From an uncultured Syntrophorhabdus sp. (GTDB lineage Bacteria; Desulfobacterota; BSN033; UBA1163), in the NCBI GenBank assembly GCA_964477935.1, contig CAYZFX010000003.1, positions 48,577 to 112,576 of the forward strand: a stretch of DNA of 64,000 nucleotides. The letters run 5' to 3'. This document shows positions 17,980 through 27,194 of this stretch, in pieces. Under the pieces are notes generated by a model, which saw nothing but the letters and a program-made list of their open reading frames with translations, was not told where the DNA came from and made no database searches. Each line of letters starts with the position of its first letter. Position 1 is the stretch's first letter. Made by a program: the position numbers and the translations under genes.

Positions 17980-18758
17980 CTCCCCTTAAAAACGGGTTTT
18001 CTCTTCTCCACAAAGGCCCGCATCCCCTCTTTCTGATCCTCCGAGGCGAAGCCGATCCCGAAGGCATAGGCCTCGAGATTGCAGGCCTCTGTAAGGTCCA
18101 TATTGAAGCCGCTATCAATCACCATCTTCGCCAGCCTCACCCCGACCGCCCCATTGGCAGCGATCTGTAGCGCAACCTTCTTCGTCTCATCCATGAGGGT
18201 GGCCTGAGGAACGACCCTGTTGACGATGCCCATCTCCAGGGCCTCCTGGGCGCTGATCATCTTGCCGGTGTAGATCAATTCCTTTGCTTTGGCCTTTCCG
18301 ATCAGACGAGGGAGTCGCTGGGTACCGCCGAAGCCGGGAAAGATTCCGAGGGTCACCTCCGGGAGGCCAAATCTGGCATTCTCCGAGGCATAGATGAAAT
18401 CGCAGGCCAGGGCGATCTCCGTTCCTCCACCCAAGGCGAACCCGTTCACGGCGGCAATCACCGGACAGTGAAAATCCTGCAACATTTTCAGGGTATGGTG
18501 GCCTGCCCGTGAAAAATTGAGGGCCTCGATCGAATTCATCTCCTTCATCTCGAGAATATCGGCTCCCGCCACAAAGGCCTTCTCTCCCGCTCCGGTGACG
18601 ATGAGGACCTTCAACTCCGGATGTTCCTTGGCCTCATTGAGAGCCATCTGGATCTCCTGAAGGGTCTCCCGGTTTAGGGCGTTGAGCGCCTTCGGTCGGT
18701 TGATCGTCAGAATTCCGATCTCCCCTTCAAATGAGACTAAAATATTTTTGTATTCCAT
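17976..18758 (-). CDS. Enoyl-CoA hydratase (crotonase family)
   Basis: 260 aa with crotonase-fold motifs (AFVAGADI, ALGGGTEIALACD). Confidence 0.85.
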   Translation of the reverse strand: MEYKNILVSFEGEIGILTINRPKALNALNRETLQEIQMALNEAKEHPELKVLIVTGAGEKAFVAGADILEMKEMNSIEALNFSRAGHHTLKMLQDFHCPVIAAVNGFALGGGTEIALACDFIYASENARFGLPEVTLGIFPGFGGTQRLPRLIGKAKAKELIYTGKMISAQEALEMGIVNRVVPQATLMDETKKVALQIAANGAVGVRLAKMVIDSGFNMDLTEACNLEAYAFGIGFASEDQKEGMRAFVEKRKPVFKGR

Positions 18759-18845
18759 TCTTCCTCCTATTGGGTGTCCGTGTCTGTTTTCCGTGTCCGT
18801 ATTCTTTTACGGTCTCGTGACACTCGACACGGTCACGGGTCACTC

Positions 18846-20129
18846 CTAACTCCTTTCGACAATCATGGCCATTCCCTGGCCGCCACCGATGCAAAGCGTA
18901 GCCAGTCCGAGTTCCACGTTCCTCCTTCTCATCTCGTAAAGGAGCGAAACGATTAACCTGGCCCCAGTGCATCCGATCGGATGGCCTAAAGAGATCCCGC
19001 TTCCATTCACATTGGTCTTCTCAAGATCGAACTTCAGCTCCCGAATACAGGCGATCGCCTGGGAGGCAAATGCCTCATTCAGCTCGGTCAGTCCAATGTC
19101 TCCGAGAGAAAGGCCTGCCTTCTTCAAAACCTTTCTCACCGCGGGAATGGGACCCAGACCCATGTAGGCTGGATCGATCCCAGCAGAGGCATAGGCCTTG
19201 ATCTTCCCCAAGGGCTCCAATCCGAATTCTTTCGCCTTTTCCCTCGACATCAGAAGGACCGCGGCGGCGGCGTCATTGATCCCGGAGGCATTCCCTGCCG
19301 TCACCGTGCCCCCGGATTTGAAGGCCGTGGGGAGCTTGGCCATCTTCTCAAGAGTGGTATCCATCGGTCTTTCGTCCGTTTCAAAGAAGAGAGGTTCTCC
19401 TTTTTTCTGGGGAATGGCCACAGGAACGATCTCTTCCTTAAAAATCCCCTTCTGGATCGCAGCCCTTGCCCTCTGATGGCTAAGCAAGCCCAACTCATCC
19501 TGTTCCTTTCTCGAGATGCCGTACTTTTCGGCAATATTTTCAGCCGTCATCCCCATATGGTATCCATAGAAGATCTCAAAGAGCCCGTCGAAGACCATGA
19601 GATCGACCATCTCCTGGTTGAACATCCTGGCACCCCACCGTCCCTGGGGAAAGGCATAGGGGACCTGGCTCATGTTCTCCATCCCTCCCGCGATAACCAC
19701 CTCAGCTTCGCCTGCTTGAATGGCCTGCGCTCCCAGGGCAATCGCCTTGAGACCCGAGGCACAGACCTTATTGATGGTAAAGGCGGTTGTCTCCTTTGGG
19801 ACGCCGCCGAGAATGAGGGCCTGCCGGGCCGGATTCTGTCCCTGTCCGGCCTGAAGCACATTGCCCATAATCACCTCGTCCACCTCGATCTCTTTGAGAG
19901 AGGCATCCCATTGATCATAACCCTTTTCAAGGTCGGTCATCCCCGTCCCTTTCAGCAGGTCCGGAGCGATCTCAACATCCTCCTTTCTGGCCACAGGCTT
20001 CAGGCCCGCCTTTTTCAAAACCTCTCGGATCACAGTGGCTCCTAACTTCACCACCGGGACATCTTTTAGCGAACCTCCAAAACTGCCGATAGCCGTCCTC
20101 GCCCCGGTTACAATTACAACCTCTCTCAT
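18846..20129 (-). CDS. Acetyl-CoA C-acetyltransferase (thiolase)
   Basis: 427 aa with thiolase active-site regions (NKVCASGLKA, GHPIGCTGAR). Confidence 0.9.
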   Translation of the reverse strand: MREVVIVTGARTAIGSFGGSLKDVPVVKLGATVIREVLKKAGLKPVARKEDVEIAPDLLKGTGMTDLEKGYDQWDASLKEIEVDEVIMGNVLQAGQGQNPARQALILGGVPKETTAFTINKVCASGLKAIALGAQAIQAGEAEVVIAGGMENMSQVPYAFPQGRWGARMFNQEMVDLMVFDGLFEIFYGYHMGMTAENIAEKYGISRKEQDELGLLSHQRARAAIQKGIFKEEIVPVAIPQKKGEPLFFETDERPMDTTLEKMAKLPTAFKSGGTVTAGNASGINDAAAAVLLMSREKAKEFGLEPLGKIKAYASAGIDPAYMGLGPIPAVRKVLKKAGLSLGDIGLTELNEAFASQAIACIRELKFDLEKTNVNGSGISLGHPIGCTGARLIVSLLYEMRRRNVELGLATLCIGGGQGMAMIVERS

Positions 20130-20187
20130 TCTGGCCTCCTTAAGTAAATGATAATTTTCACAAGTGTTTTTTCTTTAGCCGAAATTC

Positions 20188-20212
20188 ATCGATTTGTCAA
20201 TAAGAAATCGAT
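20188..20212. promoter_or_regulatory. Palindromic candidate operator ATCGATTT-N9-AAATCGAT upstream of the thiolase operon, plus a third AATCGAT at about 20306
   Basis: Perfect 8 bp inverted repeat in the AT-rich 530 bp intergenic region upstream of the thiolase-crotonase-etfBA operon. Confidence 0.4.
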
Positions 20213-20656
20213 AATCCTCCCCTAATCTTCCCGTTGAAATTAAAAGGATCGAGCTTAATTTGAACCGGAAGGACGATTTTTAATGATTCAATTAAGAATC
20301 GATCAAGACTTCGACTCTTTGAAGATCTTTTAACTTATTGAAAAAAGATAAAAATTCGACCGGTTTTTAAATATCCAGGGTATTTTGAAGTTCCGCTTCG
20401 ATTCATTGGATTTGATCTTTAAAAACAGGGGGCAGACCGAAAAGACCTATTTTAGCATCATTCTCTTAAAAGAGTTATCTATTTTCATCTTTCTTTTCCG
20501 TTCCCCCTGCGGCTTTTCGAAATCAAGTCAGGTTCGTCGATGACCCTTAGGACCGATAGACGGAAAAAATGGTATTTCCTTGGGGGTGCGATCACCGGTC
20601 ATAAAAATTCCTTACCACGAAAAATTATCTCATTGCAAAAGGTAGAATGGGCCTCA

Positions 20657-22159
20657 TTAATAATAACGTTTCTCTTCGATATGGTCTTCGGGGAGGTCGA
20701 TCCCCCATTCATTGAGGATTTTTGAAACGGCCTTCTCGCCGCTCTCGATGCAGTTCGGAAGTCCCACCCCCCTGTAACTTCCCCCAGCGAGGGCAAGCCC
20801 TTTGATTTCTGCACTCCGGTTTTCGACCAACTCCACACGGTCGAGGTGGCCCATGGTGTACTGAGGCATGCCCCTGGGCCATCGGTAGACCCGGGTGAAG
20901 AGGGGCTTGGCCTTCGGATTGAGCCCGAGGATCTCGCAAAACTCTTGCCTTACTAACTCGACGAGTTCTTCATCCGAGCGTTCCAGGACCTCCTGATTGT
21001 GGGGCCCTCCCACAAACCCGCGGAGAAGGACCTTCCCCTTCGGGGCCCTGCCCGGCCATTTGGTCGAGGAGAAGGTGGCCGCCATCAAGGAACGCCCCTC
21101 CACCAGGGGACAGAGAACTCCAAAGGCGTTGAGATCGAAACCCACGTCCGACTCTTTAAAGGCCAATGAAATCGTCGCCGAAGAAGACCACGGGATGGCC
21201 GCGAGGGCATCGGCGATGGCCTCGTCATGGGGCCTGACAAGGGGTTCAGCAGCCCAGGATTCGGTCGCGAGGATAACCCCATCGCCTTCGAGCGTTGAAC
21301 CATCCGATAATTGAACCACCCACCTGTTCTGCGCCAGAGAACGAAGGGAGAGGACGGTGACGCCCGTTCGCATCCTGTCTCGACCGGCCACCTCTGCCAT
21401 CCGGTCGGTCAGCTGTTGCATTCCGTTGACGAAGGAGGTGAAGAAGGTTCGGGGCTTCTGCCCCGGTTTGGGCGGGTATTTTCGCCGCATCTCCTCCGCC
21501 ATCCGGCGGATCGCAAGAAACCCCCTCATAAGCGACCCATACTTTTGCTCCATGTCGAGGAGGCGGGGAAATGTGGCGGCAAGAGACATCAGGGCAGGAT
21601 CTGAGGCATGGATACCGCCCACGAGTGGCTCCGCCAGGCGATCCAGACATTCTCTCCCCATCCGCCGCACCACGAAACTCTCGAGCGTCTCGTCGTTGAG
21701 CTCTCCCGGCTTCACCTTCTTGGCCGGGATGAAGAACTCCAGACCCATTCGGATCTTTGCAGACCATGAGAAGAGACCGGTGGTGACAAAGGGGAGGAAC
21801 TTCGTTGGAGCAAACATCATGACCCCATCGGGAAGGGCATGGAGTTTTCCGCGCGAGAGGATCCAGGTCTTCCGCCGAGAATCATCGGTGGGCAACTCGT
21901 CATCGAAAATCCCAATCAACTTAGCAATCCGGTGACATGCGGGTTTCTCCGTCAGAAAACAGTCCGGCCCCCCATCGACGATGAACCTACCCTCTCCCTC
22001 CGGATCGGGCAGGATCTCCGTGAGAATCTTTCCTCCGAGTCGGGGATCTTTCTCGACCAAAATAAACTCAACCGCGTGGCCGAGGTCTGCGGCCCTCTTG
22101 ACCTTGAAGGCAGAAGCCAGGCCAGCAATGCCCCCACCGATGATCAGGATTCGTCTCAT
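20657..22159 (-). CDS. hemY: Protoporphyrinogen/coproporphyrinogen oxidase (HemY-type FAD amine-oxidase family)
   Basis: 500 aa with an N-terminal FAD dinucleotide-binding motif (ILIIGGGIAGLASAF). The ATG overlaps the hemH stop. Confidence 0.75.
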   Translation of the reverse strand: MRRILIIGGGIAGLASAFKVKRAADLGHAVEFILVEKDPRLGGKILTEILPDPEGEGRFIVDGGPDCFLTEKPACHRIAKLIGIFDDELPTDDSRRKTWILSRGKLHALPDGVMMFAPTKFLPFVTTGLFSWSAKIRMGLEFFIPAKKVKPGELNDETLESFVVRRMGRECLDRLAEPLVGGIHASDPALMSLAATFPRLLDMEQKYGSLMRGFLAIRRMAEEMRRKYPPKPGQKPRTFFTSFVNGMQQLTDRMAEVAGRDRMRTGVTVLSLRSLAQNRWVVQLSDGSTLEGDGVILATESWAAEPLVRPHDEAIADALAAIPWSSSATISLAFKESDVGFDLNAFGVLCPLVEGRSLMAATFSSTKWPGRAPKGKVLLRGFVGGPHNQEVLERSDEELVELVRQEFCEILGLNPKAKPLFTRVYRWPRGMPQYTMGHLDRVELVENRSAEIKGLALAGGSYRGVGLPNCIESGEKAVSKILNEWGIDLPEDHIEEKRYY

Positions 22160-23142
22160 TCGCTCTCCTCCGTTCTTCCTGACAGATCGAAAGACCGACC
22201 TGCTGTCGTCTCTTCAATGGCCAAAGCCAGGGCCTCGAGAAACGTTTCGGAGCAGTTCAGCGATGGGGTTCGTCGTAATCGCATCCCGAGCGATTCAGCC
22301 TTCTCCCTATAAACCCGATCGATATCGTAGAGAATTTCAATGTGATCGGACACAAAACCGATCGGCACGAGGAGAATGTCTCGCACTCCGATCTTGCTTA
22401 ACTCCCCGAGGACACTCTCGACCTCCGGACCGATCCACCTCTCCCTTCCGCTTCCCTTGCTCTGAAAGGCCATGTGCCAGAAAAAAGGGCCCACCCGTTT
22501 CATCACTCCCTCCACGCACGCCTGCATGTCGTGCCCATAAGGATCCTCTCGGATCACCGACTCCGGAAGGCTATGGGCCGTAAAGAGGAGGTGGACCTTC
22601 CTTCTCTCTTCGGAAGGAAATTGTTTCAGCCCCTCTTCGATGCGTTCGGCTATTGATTGGAGAAAGAGGGGATGGAGATGCCACCCCTTGATCAGAAAGG
22701 TTCTCAACCGATTTCCCAGAATCTGATTGGCCCGTTCCAGTTCCTTCCTGTAGGCATCCGTGGTATAGCGCGATCGAAAAGGAACCATCGGAACCGCGAC
22801 GACCACCTCAAGGCCATCCCGAAGGATCTCTTCCAGGGTCTCCTCGATCAAGGGATGGCTATAGCGCATGCCCACATAGGATCTGAATCGATGACCCCTG
22901 GCGTTCAGTCTCCCTTCCAACGCCTTCGCCTGTTCCTCCGTGATGGCTAAAAGAGGCGAGGCCCCTCCGATCTGACGATACCGACCTCTGACCGCCTCGA
23001 CCATTTCCGGAGAGGGTTTTTGACCCAAAAGGCGTGTCATCATGAACTCCACCTCTTCAAGGGATCGGGGACCGCCAAAGGCCAATAGAAGGAGGGCCTT
23101 CTCCATAGGGGCTCGAAAAAAAAGTTTCGGTTGACCCTTCAT
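22156..23142 (-). CDS. hemH: Ferrochelatase
   Basis: 328 aa with ferrochelatase family features (LLLAFGGP, FTAHSLPE). The start may be the internal M at about 23106. Confidence 0.85.
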   Translation of the reverse strand: MKGQPKLFFRAPMEKALLLLAFGGPRSLEEVEFMMTRLLGQKPSPEMVEAVRGRYRQIGGASPLLAITEEQAKALEGRLNARGHRFRSYVGMRYSHPLIEETLEEILRDGLEVVVAVPMVPFRSRYTTDAYRKELERANQILGNRLRTFLIKGWHLHPLFLQSIAERIEEGLKQFPSEERRKVHLLFTAHSLPESVIREDPYGHDMQACVEGVMKRVGPFFWHMAFQSKGSGRERWIGPEVESVLGELSKIGVRDILLVPIGFVSDHIEILYDIDRVYREKAESLGMRLRRTPSLNCSETFLEALALAIEETTAGRSFDLSGRTEESE

Positions 23143-23166
23143 GGAGGTGGGCTTGGTGGCTTAACC

Positions 23167-24219
23167 TTAAGCCCTTCCATGTTTCAATCCTGAACTATAT
23201 TCGTGGACGATATCGATCAGGGCCGAGACATGTTCAACCGGCGTCTCCGGTAAGATGCCATGGCCCAGGTTGAAGATATGGCCAGGACGGCCCGAAGCCT
23301 TTTTCAGAATCCGTTTGACCTCTTTCCGGATCAAACTCAAGGGTCCGAAGAGGACGACGGGATCGAGATTCCCCTGGATGCCGACATCGTAACCGATGCG
23401 TTCCCAGGCCTCGTCGAGATCGATCCTCCAGTCCACGCCGATCACGTCGCCCCCTGCCTTCTTCATCAATGGAAGGAGGGCTGAGGTGGAGGTGCCGAAG
23501 TGGATGACCGGGACCTCCCGACCTAAACTGCTCAACACCCTTTTCGAATAGGGATAGACGAACTCCCCGTAATCCTCAGGGCTCAGACATCCCACCCAGG
23601 AGTCGAATATCTGGAGGGCCTGCACCCCTGCCCGGATCTGTGCTTTGAGGTATTGAACGAGCACGTCCGAGATCTTCTTCATCAGAAGGTCCCAGACCTG
23701 AGGAGACCGGTACATCATCGTCTTGGTGCGGATGTAGTCCCTCGAATGTCCGCCCTCGATGAGGTAACTGGCGAGGGTGAAGGGGGCCCCTGAGAATCCG
23801 ATCAGAGGCAGTCTCCCGTCCAGCTTCCTTCGCACCAGACGGATCGCCTCAAACAGGAAGGGAACCTCTTCTTCGGGATCGATGACCCTCAATCGCTCCA
23901 CATCCTTCATCTCCCTAAGGGGGTGATGAAAGACTGGGCCCTCCCCTTTGGCAAATTCGAAGCCTGCGCCCATCGGTGCCAGAGGGATGAGGATGTCCGA
24001 GAAGATGATGGCCGCATCGAGTTTGAACTTTTCAACGGGCTGGAGCGTGACCTCTGCAGCGATCGCTGGATTCTGGCACATCTCCAAAAAAGAGAATCGC
24101 CTCCGGAGGGCCCGGTACTCCTTTAGGTAGCGGCCCGCCTGCCGCATCAGCCAGACGGGTGTAAAGGGAGTGGGCTCCCTCCGGCAGGCCTTGAGAAATG
24201 GATGATCCGGCTCTTTCAT
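23167..24219 (-). CDS. hemE: Uroporphyrinogen decarboxylase
   Basis: The HemE N-terminal signature PVWLMRQAGRYL starts at the M at 24219. The 442 aa ORF-track extension overlaps pepA and lacks homology. Confidence 0.85.
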   Translation of the reverse strand: MKEPDHPFLKACRREPTPFTPVWLMRQAGRYLKEYRALRRRFSFLEMCQNPAIAAEVTLQPVEKFKLDAAIIFSDILIPLAPMGAGFEFAKGEGPVFHHPLREMKDVERLRVIDPEEEVPFLFEAIRLVRRKLDGRLPLIGFSGAPFTLASYLIEGGHSRDYIRTKTMMYRSPQVWDLLMKKISDVLVQYLKAQIRAGVQALQIFDSWVGCLSPEDYGEFVYPYSKRVLSSLGREVPVIHFGTSTSALLPLMKKAGGDVIGVDWRIDLDEAWERIGYDVGIQGNLDPVVLFGPLSLIRKEVKRILKKASGRPGHIFNLGHGILPETPVEHVSALIDIVHEYSSGLKHGRA

Positions 24220-24248
24220 TTTCTGACCCTTCCTCTCCTCCCCGCACG

Positions 24249-25745
24249 TCAGGATCGACCCCAATCTCTCAGCAACTGGATCACCAACCTCACACCGACT
24301 CCGGTGCCTCCCTTCGGAAGGTAGGGTCTCTCCTTCTCGATAAAGGCCGGTCCCGCGATGTCGAGGTGGACCCAGGGCGTCTTCTCCACGAACCTGCTCA
24401 GGAACATTCCACCGATGATCGTCCCAGCGGCGCGGGTCCCCACATTCCTGAAGTCGGCCGTATCGCTTTTGAGGTAGTCGAAATATTCCTCCCATAGGGG
24501 GAGGCGCCAGACCTTCTCGCCCACCTTATGGGAGGCCTCTTCTACCCTCTTCACCAGGCCCTCGTCATTCCCCATCATCCCGATGACATAATCTCCCAGG
24601 GCGATGATGCAGGCCCCGGTGAGCGTGGCCAGATCGATGATCGCCTTTGGCTGATACCGGAGGCTATAGGTCAGGGCATCGGCCAGGATGAGGCGCCCCT
24701 CCGCATCCGTGCTGATGACCTCCACGGTCTGACCGGAGAGGGTTTTCAAGACATCGCCCGGCTTATAGGCCTTTCCGCTCGGAAGATTCTCCGTGGCTGG
24801 GATGATACCCACCAGATGGAGGGGGATGCGAAGCTGAGCCGCCGCCTGCATGGCGCCGAGCACGGCAGCGGCCCCGGACATGTCGTCCTTCATCCGTTCC
24901 ATCCCCTCCGAGGGCTTGATCGAGATCCCGCCGCTGTCGAAGGTGATTCCTTTGCCCAGGAGGGCGATCGTATCCAGCTCCTTTCCTTTATTATATTCAA
25001 GGACGATAAACTTTGCGGGCTCCTGGCTCCCTTTGGCCACGGCCACAAAGGCTCCCATGCCCATCGCTTCGGCTTCGTCAAGATCGAGGACCTGGACCTC
25101 GAGGTCATGCTCCGCCGCGATCTGTCTGGCTTTCTCGGCCAGCACCGTCGGTGTAATGCTATTGCTTGGACCATTGACCAGGTCCCTTGCCATGCAGACC
25201 GCCGACGAGATCCACTCTCCTCTCCTCGCCCCCTCCTCGATGAGCCGGATCTCCTCATCTGTCTCGCCGAGGAGGATGACCTCGTCGACCGTCTTGATCT
25301 TTTCCCGATCCCGGGTCTTCAACTCATGAAACTGATAGAGCCCGAGGACGAGACCTGTGACAAAGTTCTCTGCGAGTTCTTCTTCCGGATAGTCCTTCAG
25401 CCTCTTCAATTCACAGGCAAACTGTTTGAGACCGATCTCCCGAACCAACTGCCCGGCCTTGGAGACCACCCCCCTCCATCGTTCCAGGTCGAACTCCTCC
25501 CTCTTCCCGAGCCCCGCGAGGAGGACCCTTTTAGCCGGAATGGCCTTCTGGGTATGGACCAGCCGGCACTGAAACAACTCTCCTCTGAAATCCCCCTGGC
25601 TGATCAGGTCGGAGAGAAATCCCTCCCACTCCCGATCCACCTCTTGGGTCGGTCCTTCAAGGGGTTCTGGCACCTCGAAAGAAAAAAGGAGGAGAACCTC
25701 ACAGGGGAACCTTTTTGCCTGACCCTTCATGACTCGAATCTTCAT
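24249..25745 (-). CDS. pepA: Leucyl aminopeptidase (M17 family)
   Basis: 498 aa with the M17 signature NTDAEGRL and metal-binding residues. Confidence 0.85.
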   Translation of the reverse strand: MKIRVMKGQAKRFPCEVLLLFSFEVPEPLEGPTQEVDREWEGFLSDLISQGDFRGELFQCRLVHTQKAIPAKRVLLAGLGKREEFDLERWRGVVSKAGQLVREIGLKQFACELKRLKDYPEEELAENFVTGLVLGLYQFHELKTRDREKIKTVDEVILLGETDEEIRLIEEGARRGEWISSAVCMARDLVNGPSNSITPTVLAEKARQIAAEHDLEVQVLDLDEAEAMGMGAFVAVAKGSQEPAKFIVLEYNKGKELDTIALLGKGITFDSGGISIKPSEGMERMKDDMSGAAAVLGAMQAAAQLRIPLHLVGIIPATENLPSGKAYKPGDVLKTLSGQTVEVISTDAEGRLILADALTYSLRYQPKAIIDLATLTGACIIALGDYVIGMMGNDEGLVKRVEEASHKVGEKVWRLPLWEEYFDYLKSDTADFRNVGTRAAGTIIGGMFLSRFVEKTPWVHLDIAGPAFIEKERPYLPKGGTGVGVRLVIQLLRDWGRS

Positions 25746-25793
25746 TCTCCTTCACCTCTGGAGGGTTGATCGAAGCCCGAAGGCCTTCGGACA

Positions 25794-26999
25794 TCACTCC
25801 CTCTCTTTCAATTTAGACACGATAATAGAACGGCTCTTTTCGACCGTGGAAAACTCTTTAATTTTCTGAACGAGGGGAGGGGGCCAATTCCCCCGTTCGA
25901 GGATCCTGGCCAGCAGCCAGGGATTCAGATCGGAGACCTCCATCCACTTCCCAGCACCCTTGATCATCTCATCGAGGATCTTCCGATTCGGATCTCCTTT
26001 CAAGGGATACTTCTCCTTGGTCTCGATCTTGATCTTGGCCACATGATCGCTTCCATAAATCGCATCGATCGCTTCCCTTTGGGCATAGGCGAAAAGGGCC
26101 TCCTCGAGCTTGGCCAGCTCCGTATCGATCTCTCCCAGCAGGATCCCCCTCTTCTCTTTTAACTCCACATATCGATTGACCAGATTGACCCCTTCTTCTT
26201 GGAGATACTCGTTGGGTGGAAGGTTTTCGGTGATCACGAGATGGCGTCGCTTGGGGCAGAGCCCTTGATAATCGCACCAGTCACAGAGGGGCCCCTCTTT
26301 GGGAGAAAATTCCCGATCCGATTCGATCCTCTGGATGAGCTCGATCGTTTCCTCCCGGAGTCGTTGGAGTTCTTCTTCGGTCCTTTGAGATTGAATCTCC
26401 ACATCAAAGACGAGGTAGTGCCAGATCAGTCTGATCTCCTTAATGTCCTTCCACCTCCCGTTCACCCCCATCTGGTAGAAGGCCAGTTGCCGGTCCTTCT
26501 CGACTTCCCTCTGGGTAGGCAGTTTGCCCGAAGTCTTATAATCATGAATTTCGATGACGGATTGATCCACCAGGGTGAGGCGGTCGATCACCCCCCGGAT
26601 CCAGTACCCCCTATTTTCCTCCAGGGGAAAGTAGATCGTCTCCTCCAGTCCGAGGGTTCTGCCCTGGTCAAAGGGATAGTAACGACGGTAATAGTCCCTG
26701 AGGCATCTCTCGCCCAGACGGCGGTAATCTTCGGGGCTGTACTCTTTCCGGATGATCTGGACCGCAGGACTCCAGTTCTTCTCCCAGCATAGGTGGTAGT
26801 AGGAGAGAACCTCCTCGAGGGTGTTGAGCTTTGTCATTTTCAGATCCCGATAGAGTTTTTCGAGGGCATCATGGACCCTCGACCCCATAAACGCCTCGAT
26901 CCCCTCAGTATCGACCTTGATCTTCTCGATATAGTGGAGACGATATTGATGGGGACAGGTTTCGTAAGTGGATAACTGGGAGTGGGAATAGGCGGGCAT
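25794..26999 (-). CDS. PD-(D/E)xK nuclease superfamily protein with C-terminal Cys cluster (Cas4/AddB-like fold)
   Basis: 401 aa. The N-terminus (SHSQLSTYETCPHQYRLHY) and the CDWCDYQGLC cluster are typical of RecB-like nucleases with an Fe-S cluster. Confidence 0.6.
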   Translation of the reverse strand: MPAYSHSQLSTYETCPHQYRLHYIEKIKVDTEGIEAFMGSRVHDALEKLYRDLKMTKLNTLEEVLSYYHLCWEKNWSPAVQIIRKEYSPEDYRRLGERCLRDYYRRYYPFDQGRTLGLEETIYFPLEENRGYWIRGVIDRLTLVDQSVIEIHDYKTSGKLPTQREVEKDRQLAFYQMGVNGRWKDIKEIRLIWHYLVFDVEIQSQRTEEELQRLREETIELIQRIESDREFSPKEGPLCDWCDYQGLCPKRRHLVITENLPPNEYLQEEGVNLVNRYVELKEKRGILLGEIDTELAKLEEALFAYAQREAIDAIYGSDHVAKIKIETKEKYPLKGDPNRKILDEMIKGAGKWMEVSDLNPWLLARILERGNWPPPLVQKIKEFSTVEKSRSIIVSKLKERE

Positions 27000-27111
27000 A
27001 CTGACCTCATTTATGCATGGTGATGGTTAATCTCATTTTTAACAAGAAATCGCCCCCCTGTCAAAAGAGCCCCTCCCTTGATGAGGCAGACAAATTCCTT
27101 GTTTATCTCCC

Positions 27112-27140
27112 TTGACAAACCTTGGATTTTTCTCTATCCT
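27112..27140 (+). promoter_or_regulatory. Sigma70-like promoter TTGACA-N17-TATCCT for the FAD-oxidoreductase/transporter pair
   Basis: Consensus -35 at 27112-27117 and -10 at 27135-27140, 55 nt upstream of the ATG at 27195. Confidence 0.5.
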
Positions 27141-27194
27141 CTCGGACCATGGGGGAGCATTCGTGATGAAAGACGATCGGAAGGGGAGCCTCTG

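Noticed and set aside
23167-24495. 442 aa version of hemE with a 92 aa Arg/Gly-rich N-terminal extension
   Set aside because: The extension overlaps the pepA coding region on the same strand and has no homology. The HemE signature begins at the internal M (24219), which has an RBS.
24528-25769. 413 aa ORF antisense to pepA
   Set aside because: It is antisense to a well-supported M17 peptidase gene, has a low-complexity translation and no RBS. It is typical high-GC antisense noise. The same applies to 27273..28190 (antisense to the FAD oxidoreductase) and 13530..14057 (antisense to the AI-2E transporter).
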